Assembly: GCA_002269645.1 (NCBI GenBank)
Contig: NIVC01001499.1
Coordinates: 1 to 64,000, forward strand
DNA: 64,000 nt
From: Macrostomum lignano
Taxonomy: Eukaryota
Reading direction: 5' to 3'
Part shown: piece by piece, positions 10,717 through 22,282 of the stretch
Layout: each line of letters begins with the position of its first letter
Position numbering within the stretch: position 1 is the first letter of the stretch
Made by a program: the position numbers and the translations under genes
The notes under the pieces: generated by a model
The model's database searches: none
Seen by the model: only the letters and a program-made list of their open reading frames with translations
Told to the model about the DNA's origin: nothing

Positions 10717-12477
10717 TCATAAGGATGATTCCGTTGATTTTTTGTCTTCTGCTAAAGCGTCAACTTTCACTGATTGATCAGCTTTTCTTTTGAGCAGAAA
10801 ATTCGCTGATATCTCGTAGATCAGTTCGAGAACTTCACACAGCGTCCACAGCGACATTCCCAGGTAAATTCCCATAATGCCACCAACATCGGATGTGAAA
10901 TTCGATGCTCCGTAGTCTCTAGAGAACGTGATCTTGTCGCACTGAACTTTACTCGGTAGAAAGTGCACTTTAAGCAAGTTTCTGTTCGAGTAACTGACGA
11001 CCCTGTCGGCGCTGCCGCTAAGCAGAAAGTCCAGCGCCGGCACACTGAGATTCTGGGCTTTGGCCTTGCTCCAAGACTGGAAGATGAAGCTTCTGATAAA
11101 CGGATCGAGCGAGCTGAGCGAAGGCCAGTCAGTGCTGGAGATCCGAACGCTGTAGTCCTGGTCGCTGCATAGCCGTTTTGATTGACACGCCTTCACGGCA
11201 TTCACACGAGTCTGGTTGATCGCAGCATCGCAATATTCTCCAAGCGAACCATTCATGGCCAATACTGAGAAAAAGTTTGGCAAACCAGTTAGGTTGGTCA
11301 CATATTTGTAGCCTCTTAATGGCCACGGCATTGGGCTAATCTCTCCGGACAGTTGCAAGCAAGTCTGACACTGCTTGTGATACTGGTAGTAGAAGCAGTA
11401 CGAGTAGCTGTAACTGTACTCATAGGGAGTCCGATCGTAAGGGTTCAAGAACTGAACTGGGGGCTCATTCTCCAAGCACTCGAACTGGCCAGATTTGTAC
11501 TGATATTTGGTCATGCCGATCTCCACGGTGTGGTGCTTCCCGGGACTGAGCGTGAACGACGTCGTGAAGTCGGACGGGTACTGACCCGGAGGTGCGAGGA
11601 ACACGCGGACACCCGAGCTCCTGTCTGGACCCACCGGGTCGCCAAGAGTCCAGTCCGAGGTCGGGATCGGGGTGCTCTGATCGAACACCTTCTGTTGAAT
11701 TCTGTTAGAGGCGCTATAAATATCGGAGAAGTTTTGATCGATAAGAATTCGAGCAATTATGCCTGACGTCTTTCCCGCCTGCAAAATTTTTGCTTGCATC
11801 GAACTGTTGAGGGCCCATTTCAGGCAGCGAAGCCACTTCGGATGATAGAAGCTTTCAGGTCGAAGGTCCCGATACAAAGCCGGTCCATAGTTGCTGAGGT
11901 AGGTGATTTGGCTGGTGATCACCGACTGTTCTGCTCTGTGCCCCAGAGCGTCAATCAGCAAGCTGTAAGGCAGGGACTGCGGATACATGAAGCTGAACTC
12001 TGCTTCAGTTTGCCGAGCTTCTTCACCTGTTATACCCAGCATTGCGATATAGTTCTGTATGGCTCCGCTTGTCGCATTCAATCCCACATTGATTTCATCA
12101 GCTGTGGCCGCATCGACCCTCGCGGAGTAGCTTCCAGAGATTGGACTCTCGAAGCACATGTACACGTCCGGGAAGACGAAGCTCTCAACTCCCACTTCCT
12201 GTGTGCTGGTTGGCTCGTTCTGCTGCAGTTTAACCACAAAATCGCTGAATCCTGTGAGGAAAAGCGCCAGCATTGTGAAAAAGATGAGCAACCAGACGAT
12301 TCGGATGTAAATTGGCTTGGCTGACACTGTTCTCGGGAGCGCATGCGCCGAAGTGTTCTCTAAAGCTGACTTTAGTGACTGCATTGTTGCCCAGCAGAGT
12401 TTTCCGGAAACGATTTCTTCCTTATCAGCAAATTCTGGTCGTTTGTTACCGGTGGAGTTTCGCAGACATTTTATCAT
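10717..12477 (-). CDS. DEG/ENaC channel subunit, intronless, paralog B
   Basis: 586-aa ORF collinear with paralog A: TSAHALPR, FPDVYMC, NFTSDVGGIMGIYLGMSLWTLCEVL. Likely start at ATG 12384 (MQSLK). Confidence 0.92.
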   Translation of the reverse strand: MIKCLRNSTGNKRPEFADKEEIVSGKLCWATMQSLKSALENTSAHALPRTVSAKPIYIRIVWLLIFFTMLALFLTGFSDFVVKLQQNEPTSTQEVGVESFVFPDVYMCFESPISGSYSARVDAATADEINVGLNATSGAIQNYIAMLGITGEEARQTEAEFSFMYPQSLPYSLLIDALGHRAEQSVITSQITYLSNYGPALYRDLRPESFYHPKWLRCLKWALNSSMQAKILQAGKTSGIIARILIDQNFSDIYSASNRIQQKVFDQSTPIPTSDWTLGDPVGPDRSSGVRVFLAPPGQYPSDFTTSFTLSPGKHHTVEIGMTKYQYKSGQFECLENEPPVQFLNPYDRTPYEYSYSYSYCFYYQYHKQCQTCLQLSGEISPMPWPLRGYKYVTNLTGLPNFFSVLAMNGSLGEYCDAAINQTRVNAVKACQSKRLCSDQDYSVRISSTDWPSLSSLDPFIRSFIFQSWSKAKAQNLSVPALDFLLSGSADRVVSYSNRNLLKVHFLPSKVQCDKITFSRDYGASNFTSDVGGIMGIYLGMSLWTLCEVLELIYEISANFLLKRKADQSVKVDALAEDKKSTESSL

Positions 12478-13308
12478 GCTGAGCCTGCTATATTCCTAGC
12501 TTGCTTGTTAATAGGGTAGAGGTTCTCAACCGCACCTGTGTAAACACTAAAAAAGTTAGCCAGTGTATGCACACTCTCCAAATACGCTCATTAATTTGAC
12601 TTTCACAAATTCTTTCTCATATAGATTTTCCATGGCAACGCCTATAATGGCCCTCCAATGTCATTCATGGATGATTTTCAGCTTTGTATTCCAATGAAAA
12701 ATGCTTCCGTTTGTTTTTTGTATAACTCATGAGTTATACAAACTCACCTACTCACCTATTGTGACCTGAGAACTTCAGACAATAAGTTTTGGGCAAATAT
12801 AAATCTTCTCGATGAGGTCAACGGATCGCTAATTACTATGTGCGCATACTTGAGCCAAAAATTCAGGACAACTGCCGGATGCAACTTTGTAAAATGTAAC
12901 GGGCTCTAAATTATGATTCTCGCAATTTGTCCTACACGTACATGTACAGCGCTGCAGGCGAAGCTGCTTATACATGTACTTCTTGTCATACATGCAACTG
13001 AATCGTATGGACGATATTCATTTTATTGATTTGCTTGAGCCACTTCCAATCTCCGTGTGGTGCTTCGATCCCAGGACCCGAGAGAGGAATCCGAGTCAGC
13101 GAAATGGGCTAAATTGGTCTCTGGGTTGTTGGTGCATCATCGGATCATTAAAAAATAATTTAGTGATATAAAAAGCATGACCTTAGTTTTGTCAATTATT
13201 TTGTGAATTATCAAAATAATTTCTACTCATTTTCATGTACATGTACATTTGTAATATAAAAAATCAGCTTGCATTTTTAAAAAGGCGCATGCGCATGCTG
13301 CAGCTCAT

Positions 13309-13542
13309 CCCGCACGGTAATTCGACGTCGGACTCACCTTCCCGACGTCATATCGACGTTCTCGACTTCTGACCGACTTCGATGAAAAATAAATGCATGA
13401 TGCGCTTTAACATTTATATCGACGGATAACGACGTCACGCACATGTACGTCGGTTGAACATCGGTGCAATTTAAAAATACATATCTGCCATATATGTCGA
13501 TAGACGTCGGGAACGTCGGTCGACGGCGGATTTCTGTACGTG
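13309..13542. mobile_element. Degenerate small MITE-like inverted repeat rich in GACGTC
   Basis: TTCCCGACGTCATATCGAC near 13340 is mirrored by GTCGATAGACGTCGGGAA near 13497-13513; the outer arms match only loosely. Confidence 0.4.
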
Positions 13543-14514
13543 TTTGTCAGCCCTGCTCTGTTGAGAATAGCTACAGTCTTGATATGATCCCGCGTTTGTC
13601 TTGATATTCACGAGCTGCTGTACGATGCTATCATAATTAAAGTGCTGCGGATATTAACTCATTGACCAAAAAACTTACATGATTTTATATAAGGCCCTCA
13701 GCATGTAATGATGCATCAGAATCATTACATGTATTTTTCTCTTTGGCTATACCACAGAACTGGGTCTATACATGTAAAGTGTTTGATAGAGTAAAATAGT
13801 GTTGTAGAACTTATAAGATTTTACTAGAAAAGAGAATCATCACGACATAAATTTTAAGTCAATATTGTAAGAGTTAAGTAATTAAACTACGAATTTTTTA
13901 AGGTAATATTTTGGTTAAAAACTGGTTAAAGGTTTAAAACTTTGGTTTCCTAATGTTATTTTGTTTAACCGTAAAAACTCATTTTACGCAATTCAAAATA
14001 TTATTTCTTGCAATTAGACGCGTTATTTTAACTTACAAACATCGAATCCTATATACTAAAAATGAGTTGTCTGTGGGTATGCGATAGATTTCAGAAAAAT
14101 TGGCTCAACCGATTTTCTTCAAACTTGCACCATTCGATCAGAAATTTTCCTGGGACGGTACATGCATCTTGGCTAAGAAATTGCTCAATGTTAAAGGGAT
14201 TAAATATTTGAAAAACATGTTTTTTTGCAAAGGTCAAGCAAAATTTTCGACTTGAAATGCATTGTAAGAATGCTAGAGAAAAAACTGACTGGCTGAATTC
14301 CGATTGTGATAAAGATTGCATCACAACAAGTTGAAAACAGTGTCAAAGAAATGCACACACGACTTGAATGAAATTGCGTAACCATATTGACAACTTAAAT
14401 TGAGACTGATTCTGGCTGACTGAGAAATTGATTATGTCATAACTTTTTACTCCAATTGACTTGCTGTAAGAATTGAATTATAAGGGCCACAATTTATGTT
14501 CTCCAATTGAAAAA

Positions 14515-14597
14515 GATAGCCCAGATGCGAACAGACTGGAATGCTAATGTAGCGACTTGGGTTCGAATCTTAGTAGGGCAAAAAAGATTTTTTTTTA
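14515..14597 (+). promoter_or_regulatory. tRNA-like Pol III internal promoter (A/B boxes plus T run) inside the Helitron
   Basis: TAGCCCAGATG at 14517 and GGTTCGAATC at 14560 (43 nt apart), T run at 14589-14597. Conserved in copy 2 (39454-39506) with a mutated B box. Confidence 0.45.
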
Positions 14598-14639
14598 TTA
14601 AAACACCTTAAAAACACAAAACTTCTAAACATAAAAGAA

Positions 14640-17600
14640 GCGCAATGTCAAACATAGAAGAGCCACCATGTCGAACATAAAAGAGCTAACATATCGAATA
14701 TTAAAGAGCCACCATGTCAAACCTAAACGAGCCACCATGTCTAATATTTAAGAGGCACCATTTAAAACATATAAGTGACTTTATGTCAAACATAAAAGAG
14801 CCACCATTTCGAACATTAAACAGCCACCATTTCGAAATTAAAGAGCCACCATGTCAAAAATAAAAGAGCCACTATTTCGAACATTAAAGAGCCACCATGT
14901 CAAACATTAAAGAGCCACCATGTCGACCATAAAAAAGCCACTATTTCGAACATCAAAGAGCCACTATGTCAAACATTTAGGAGCCACTTTTTCGAACATT
15001 AAAGAGCCACCATATCGAACATAAAAGAGCCACTATTTTAAACATTAAAGAGCCACCATTTCGAACATAAAAGAGCCACCATGTCTATCATTAAAGAGCC
15101 ACCATGTCAAACATTCAAAAGCCACATTGTCAAACATTAAAGAGCCACTATGTCAAACATTTAGGAGCCACTTTGTCGAACATTAAAGAGCTACCACGTC
15201 AAACCTAAACGAGCCACCATGTCTAATATTTAAGAGGCACCATGTAAAGTATATAAGTGACTTTATGTCAAACATAAAAGAGCCACCATTTCTAACATTA
15301 AACAGCCACCATGTCGAAAATAAAAGAGTCACTATTTCGAACATCAAAGAGCCACTTTTTCGAACATTAAAGAGCCACCATGTCAAACATAAAAGAGCCA
15401 ACATGTCAAACATAAAAGAGCCAACATGTCAAACATAAAGAGCCACCATGTCAAACATTTAAGAGCCACCATGTCAAACATATATGTGACTTTGTGTTAA
15501 ACATTAAAGAGCCACCATTTCGAACATTAAAGAGCTGCCATGTAAAATAACAAAGAGCTACCAAGTTAAACATAAAAGAGCCACCATTTCGAACATTAAA
15601 GAGCCACCATGTGAAACATTAAAGAGCCACCATGTTAAACATTTAAGAGCCTTCGTGTCAAACCTAGAAGAGCCACCATGTCGAACATAACAGAGCTACC
15701 ATGTCAAACATTAAAGAGCCACCATGTCAAACATTCAAAAGCCACATTGTCAAACATTGAAGAGCCACTATGTCAAACATTTAGGAGCCACTTTGTCGAA
15801 CATTAAAGAGCCACCATGTCAAACATAAAAGAGCCAACATGTCAGACATTAAAAAAGCCACCGTATCAAATAAAAAGAGTTAACATGTAGAACAAAAAAG
15901 AGCCACCATTTCGAACATAAAAGAGCCAACATGTCAAACATAAAGAGCCACCATGTCAAACATTTAAGAGCCACCATGTCAAACATATATGTGACTTTAT
16001 GTCAAACATTAAAGAGCCACCATTTCGGACATAACAGAGCTACCATGTCAAACATTAAAGAGCCACCATGTCGAACATAAAAGAGCAACCATGTAAAACA
16101 TTAAAGAGCCACCATGTCAAACATTAAAGAGCCACCATGTCGAACATTAAAGAGCCACCATGTCAAACCTAAAAGAGCCACCATGTCGAAAATAAAAGAG
16201 CCACTATTTCGAACATTAAAGAGCCACCATTTCGAACATTAAAGAGCCACCATGTCGACCATAAAAGAGCCACTATTTCGAACATTAAATATCCACCATG
16301 TCAAACATAAAAGAGCCAACATGTCAAACATAAAAGAGCCAACATGTCAAACATAAAGAGCCACCATGTCGAAAATGAAAGAGCCACTATTTCGAACATT
16401 AAAGAGCCACCATTTCGAACATAAAGAGCCACCATGTCGACCATAAAAGAGCCACTATTTCGAACATTAAAGATCCACCATGTCAAACATAAAAGAGCCA
16501 ACATGTCAAACATAAAAGAGCCAACATGTCAAACATAAAGAGCCACCATTTCGAACATTAAAGAGCCACCATTTCGAACATTAAAGAGCCACCATTTCGA
16601 ACAATAAAGAGCCACCATGTCAAACATGAAAGAGCTATAACATGAAAAATATTAAAGAGCCACCATGTCGAACATTAAAGAGCCACCATGTCGAACATTT
16701 AAGAGCCACCATGTTAAACCTAAAAGAGCCACCATGTTAAACCTAAAAGAGCCACCATGTTAAACCTAAAAGAGCCACCATGTTAAACCTAAAAGAGCCA
16801 TCATGTCAAACCTAAAAGAGCCACCATGTCGAACACTTAAGAGCCACAATGTAAAATATTAAAGAGCCACCATTTCGAACATATAAGTGACTTTATGTCA
16901 AACATTAAAGAGCCACCATGTCAAACATTAAAGAGCCACCATGTAAAACAAAAGAGCCACCATTTTGAACATTAAAGAGCCACCATGTCAAACATTTAAG
17001 AGCCACCATGTTAAACATAAAAGAGCCACCATGTAGAATATTAAAGAGCCACTATGTTGAACATTAAACAGCCATCATGTCAAACCTAAAAGATCCACAA
17101 TTTCGAACACTTAAGAGCCACAATGTAGAATATTAAAGAGCTACCATGTCAAACATTTAAGAGCCACCATGTCAAACATTTAAGAGCCACCATGTAAAAC
17201 ATTAAAGAGCCACCATTTGAAACATTAAAGAGTAACCATGTCAAACATTTAAGAGCCACCATGTCAAACATTTAAGAGCCACCATGTCAAACCTAAAAGA
17301 GCCACCATGTCAAACCTAAAAGAGCCATTATGTCGAACATAAAAGAGCTATACCATGAAAAACATTAAAGAGCCACTTTCTCGAACATTAAAGAGCCACC
17401 ATGTCAAACATTTAAGAGCCACCATGTCAAACATTTAAGAGCCACCATGTCAAACCTAAAAGAGCCACCATGTCAAACCTAAAAGAGCCACCATGTCGAA
17501 CATAAAAGAGCTATACCATGAAAAACATTAAAGAGCCACTTTCTCGAACATTAAGGAGCCACCATGTCAAACATTTAGAAGCCACCTTGTCAAACATTAA

Positions 17601-17830
17601 ATAGCCACTTTGTCGAACATTAAAGAGTCACTGTGTCAAACATAAAAGAGCCACTGTTTCAAACATAAAAGAGCCACCAGGTTAAACATTAAAGAGCCAC
17701 CATGTAAAACATAAAAGAGCCACCATGTCTGACATTAAAAAGCCATCGTTTCAAACATAAAACAGTTGCCATGTAGAACTTAAAACAGCCACCATGTCAA
17801 ACATAAAATTTACACAATTTCAAACATAAA
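14640..17830 (+). repeat. ~23-bp minisatellite AAAGAGCCACCATGTCAAACAT(T/A) inside Helitron copy 1
   Basis: About 3.2 kb of variable tandem units. Confidence 0.95.
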
Positions 17831-17889
17831 AGTAAGCGAATTTTAAAGGAGCCACTATAATGCTAAGGAAATTATCGCACTAGCTACTT

Positions 17890-18290
17890 ATTGTCTGGTG
17901 GATGCTTGCTATTTGGGGATGCTATCTATGTAGGGGATGCTTGCTATCTGGCGGATGCTTGCTATCTGGGGATGCTTGCTATCTGGGGGATGCTTGCTAT
18001 CTGGGGGTTGCTTGTAATCTGGAAGATGCTTGCTATCTGGCGGATGCTTGCTATCTGGGGGATGCTTGCTATCTGGGGATGCTTGCTATCTGGGGATGCT
18101 TGCTATCTGGGGGTTGCTTGTAATCTGGAAGATGCTTGCTATCTGGCGGATGCTTGCTATCTGGAAGATGCTTGCTATCTGGCGGATGCTTGCTATCTGG
18201 GGGATGCTTGCTATCTGGGGGATGCTTGCTATCTGGGGGTTGCTTGTAATCTGGAAGATGCTTGCTATCTGGGGGATGCTTGCTGTCTTG
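17890..18290 (+). repeat. 18-bp minisatellite GGATGCTTGCTATCTGGG inside Helitron copy 1
   Basis: Direct tandem units; the same unit occurs at 40610-41140. Confidence 0.95.
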
Positions 18291-18689
18291 GGATGATTTC
18301 TTTTTGCATTGCACTTCCTTTGAGTATTTTGTCTGTTTTTTTTTGTGAAGGCCTTTTTTGGCTATCTTTTTGTTACTTGTAGAGAACAGAGGTTCTATAC
18401 AGATGTCCCCCAACGGGGGGCGAAGATTGCTAGTTCATCTTTAAAATTAAAAAGGTACCCGACCTCGAACAATTAATAAATACACTCGCTTATATTCGCT
18501 AAACAGGATTTTTGCCTGAGCTAAACTTACTACTACTACTACTACTACTACTACATTTACTGTTACAAAAAATGAATAAATTTCTTTATTGATAAGTGAC
18601 ATTAGGCCTAATCTGATTAGGGTCTATGCCTACCATTTCAAAAATATTAAGTCAACAAAATGTTGTAGGCCTATTAATAGTGAAAGTGC

Positions 18690-19195
18690 TTATCCCCATT
18701 GTCCCGTGCCGATAATCTAATTTTATCTACACAGATCCGTGTTGATAATTTACAGCTTATCCCTACAGCAGCTTATTGAAATAGCTGCCACCATTCAAGT
18801 CTGATATAATAGGCCATGTCAATAATTCCAATTTTATCCACACAGATCCGTGTCAATAATTTCCTTAGTAGGCCTAGCTATAGTAATGATGTAATAGTAA
18901 TGATAATAATAGTAATAATAATGCCAATATTTATTTAATGTTAATACCCAAAACTAAATACAAACAACTGCACCATCTTAGCTGTGGGGATAAACTGAAA
19001 ATTAGTGACATAGATCTGTCTGTGTGGATAAAATTGGAATTATTGACATGGCCTATAGGATAGACCTGAATGGTGCTGGTGGTAGCTATTTCAATAAGCT
19101 ACTAGGGGGCCTATGGGGATAAGCTGGAAATTATTGACATAGATAGAATAAAATTAGAATTATTAGCATGGGACCATGGGTAGGCTGTAGGGATA
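18690..19195. mobile_element. Foldback/MITE-like element with ~170-bp imperfect inverted arms
   Basis: 18695-18865 (CCCATTGTCCC...TTGAAATAGCT...GGCCATGTCAATAATTCCAATTTTATCCACAC) is the reverse complement of ~18990-19180; (AAT)n-rich spacer. Confidence 0.65.
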
Positions 19196-19497
19196 ATGGA
19201 TAATCATTTCCATTAATATTAGCTTAAGCTTTGTAGCCTTTTTGCCTAAGCCACATATTATTACTATTACTTTATATAAGCCTATACATTTGTGGTGTTT
19301 TGGCTTAGGCCTAGCCCCAAGTGACCAAAATTGGGACTTTGCAAATGGTAGGCCTATGCAGATCTTGCGCATATATTGTCAATTCAATTGCTTGCATTCA
19401 GATTGCATAGCAGATTGCAAGTGACTTATAATTGACTTATAATTTTTGCAGTTGGCTTACAATTGAATTATAATTATTGCATAATATGTAATGCAAG

Positions 19498-20982
19498 TAG
19501 GGGTCGGACGAGATCTCGATCTCAAGATCCGAGATCTTGGGGTTTTCTCAAATCTCAATCTCGACTTCATGATCTCAAAAAATGTTGAGATTTGAGATAA
19601 AAATTAAATGTTCGAAAAAACATTTCGATCTATAAGAAGCATGCAGCATCATATCATAGAGCCTGTTGGTGTCAATGTCAATATTTTGTTTAAATTTTAC
19701 ATGTTACAAAGAATGTATAGTTTATATATAGCTGGCTTATAGATGCCGATGGTCATGGCTTGCATTAGAGAGTGTGCGCTGTTTTGAACAATATATTTAC
19801 TATTTTCAATTTATCTATAATGTAATGCATTTCTGCTTCAAACAATTAATGTTTCAGCAATTCATCGGCTACTTTAAGCAAGGACGACTTAAGTAGAAGG
19901 ACGGGAAACCTCGTTTCTTAGAAAATTTTTGAAGGCACTTTTTCCCGAAAAAATACACTGCGGAGATAGGAAATTTTCATTTTTTCAGCACAAAAATTGC
20001 TATAACTTTTGATAGGAGGCAGATCCAGTGTTGATCTTTTGATATGTTGTGCCTTTTTTATTGCTCTATCGATATTTGTAAAGCTTTTCGTTCAGAAAAT
20101 TAGGATTCTATGTTAATTTTTTATTCTGCGTATATTTCCTGTTTCTAAAAATCACAAAAATGCATGACACAGCTCTAATATTTGGTTTTATGAATCTATT
20201 TTATTATCTATGTTACGACTATTTGCTATACAGTCAGGTAAGAAGGATAAAATAGACTCATAAAATCAAAGAGCCAAGCCGTGGCATTCTAATGTATTTC
20301 AAGCACAAGACACATGAAAATATACGTAGAATAAAAAATTAACATAGAATCCTAATTTTCTGAACGAAAAGCTTTATAAATATCGATAGAGCAATAAAAA
20401 AGGCACAACATATCAAAAGATCAACACTGGATCTGCCTCCTATCAAAAGTTATAGCAATTTTTGTGCTGAAAAAATGAAATTTTCCTATCTCCGCAGTGT
20501 ATTTTTTCGGGAAAAAGTGCCTTCAAAAATTTTCTAAGAAACGAGGTTTCCCGTCCTTCTACTTAAGTCGTCCTTGACTTTAAGTTGACGTCCAAGATCA
20601 ACACTCAACATGTAACATTGATGGTTTCTTTTGTCTCGCTAGTTTGTCAATTAGGTACCTCGTATCTACATGGGAATATTTAATGTGTAATCCAGTTATT
20701 TCAATGAGTTGTATTTTTGTTTGCTAATGATGGTTAGCAATACTTTGTTTTACTGGGTTGGCAAAATTTTATTTAACATTTTGAATTCTGTACCTTCGGA
20801 GACAGTTCTTGGGATCCCGGAAGCTTGTCTAATAGACCTACCACCAGTAGCGGATTTAGAGGATTTACTTTATTTCACATATTAAATATTTTTTGTTGTT
20901 TCACTGTATGTCTCGAATCTCAATCAAATCTCAAATATCTCAAAGAGGCCAATCTCGAAAATTCAATATTGTCCGACCCCTA
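19498..20982. mobile_element. Non-autonomous hAT-like DNA transposon
   Basis: 12-bp TIR TAGGGGTCGGAC / GTCCGACCCCTA; 8-bp TSD AATGCAAG at 19490-19497 and 20983-20990; subterminal ATCTC repeats. Confidence 0.85.
19879..20576. mobile_element. Foldback element with ~260-bp near-perfect TIRs (P-element-like termini), nested in the hAT-like element
   Basis: Arms 19879-~20137 and ~20318-20576 begin CAAGGACGACTTAAG; 8-bp TSD ACTTTAAG at 19871-19878 and 20577-20584. Confidence 0.85.
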
Positions 20983-21082
20983 AATGCAAGCCATTTACAA
21001 GTATTGCAATGAATAAATAAGCCTTGAGTCCTGACAAGTGGGTTATAATTGTAACAAGCAACTTGCTACTTGTAATTTGTTT

Positions 21083-21227
21083 ATGGCTAGAGTTCCTACA
21101 TTGGAACCCATTCTATAATAGCAATGAATCCAGCATTGCTAGTGCCATATAGAAACATATAAAAAGACTAGGCCTACTAGGCCTAGTGCTAAGAACATAT
21201 TTTTAGAAGTCTAAATATTAGAAGCAT
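21083..21227. mobile_element. Diverged fragment of the ATGGCTAGAGTTC MITE family (see 38536-38819)
   Basis: ATGGCTAGAGTTCC...GTGCCATATA...GCTAAGAACATAT...AGAAGTCTAAATATTAGAAGCA matches the reverse complement of ~38700-38819. Confidence 0.55.
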
Positions 21228-22282
21228 TTTGTTTCAAATTATATAATATTTTAAATATAAAAAAATTAAAGCAAAAATAGGAGTTTATTTAACTATTTTT
21301 GAAAAAAAACTCATAAATAGAACAGTATATCCTTGTGGTTTTGGCTACTAGTTTTATTAAGTTACTCTTAAATAGATTTTAATTGGTTTGAATTTGATTG
21401 GTAGAATGCTACCATTAGGTTCCTGATTTTCTCTAATTCTTGCATTTAGATATTAGATGATTAGGTAAACAATAAAGATAAGCCACTAATGTAGAATTAA
21501 AATTGTCAAAGAAAATTTTTATTATTGATAAAATTTCCTTTGTACAAGAGTTATTTTATAATAAATCCCTTTTCTGAATGCTTTGGCAAGACTCCTAGAG
21601 TTTGTTAAAAGGCAAGACTTGTCATTAATGCAATATTAATTCATAAGTTATGCCCCTTATTTCTCTTACCTTTAAATCCCTCTTGAAATTTCTAAGTTCA
21701 AAGACTACAAATGTAAGAACAATGCAATGCATTTCCTGAGAGCCCAATTGCTCTTTACTAGTAATGACTCCCACAAAACCCCAACTTAACCCAATTGCCA
21801 AGATTTCTGCAACTGAAACCTACTGTTAATAATATAAAAGCAAATGTGATCAGAATTCAGAGCAGAATTCATTGATTGTCTTTTTTCTAACATAACTTCA
21901 AGCATAATATGAATTAATTTTAATATTTACTTTAGCCAGTTTATCTAACCATATTGACCAGGTATTGCAATTATGTGTTAAATAATAATAGAAAATTCAT
22001 ACTAGAATTTGCAAAAAGTAGAAATTAAAATTTTACTTCTATTGAAGGAGAATATGCAAAGTTTTGAAAAAAACTATTTATTTTAAACAAGTCTTTACCT
22101 ATTTTACAGATGCTGTTCAATGCAAGATGCATCCTTTATACTATTTAGCTTATATTACAGTTTCATTTTAGTGTAATTCTTCAGAATATAATAGAATCTC
22201 ATTATTTATCATGTTATATGCTGAAATTTGCAAAAATTAATCGATTTGCTATGGTTACAAACTATAATTGCTTACCTTTCAG

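Larger units (their letters stand above)
14047..18433 (+). mobile_element. Non-autonomous Helitron-like element (~4.4 kb) carrying two tandem arrays
   Basis: 5' end A|TCCTATATACTAAAAATGAG...GGCTCAACCGATTT (Helitron-type start). 3' hairpin CCCCC-AAC-GGGGG followed 11 nt later by CTAG|T. No TSD. A second copy lies at ~39404-41265. Confidence 0.8.

Noticed and set aside
8606-12499. Plus-strand ORFs overlapping the ENaC genes
   Set aside because: Antisense shadows of real coding sequence.
17891-18413. Cys-rich (GDACYL)n ORFs, also at 40605-41155
   Set aside because: The 18-bp Helitron-internal array.
20590-20880. hAT transposase remnant inside the hAT-like element
   Set aside because: All frames examined are interrupted and no motif was recognised.
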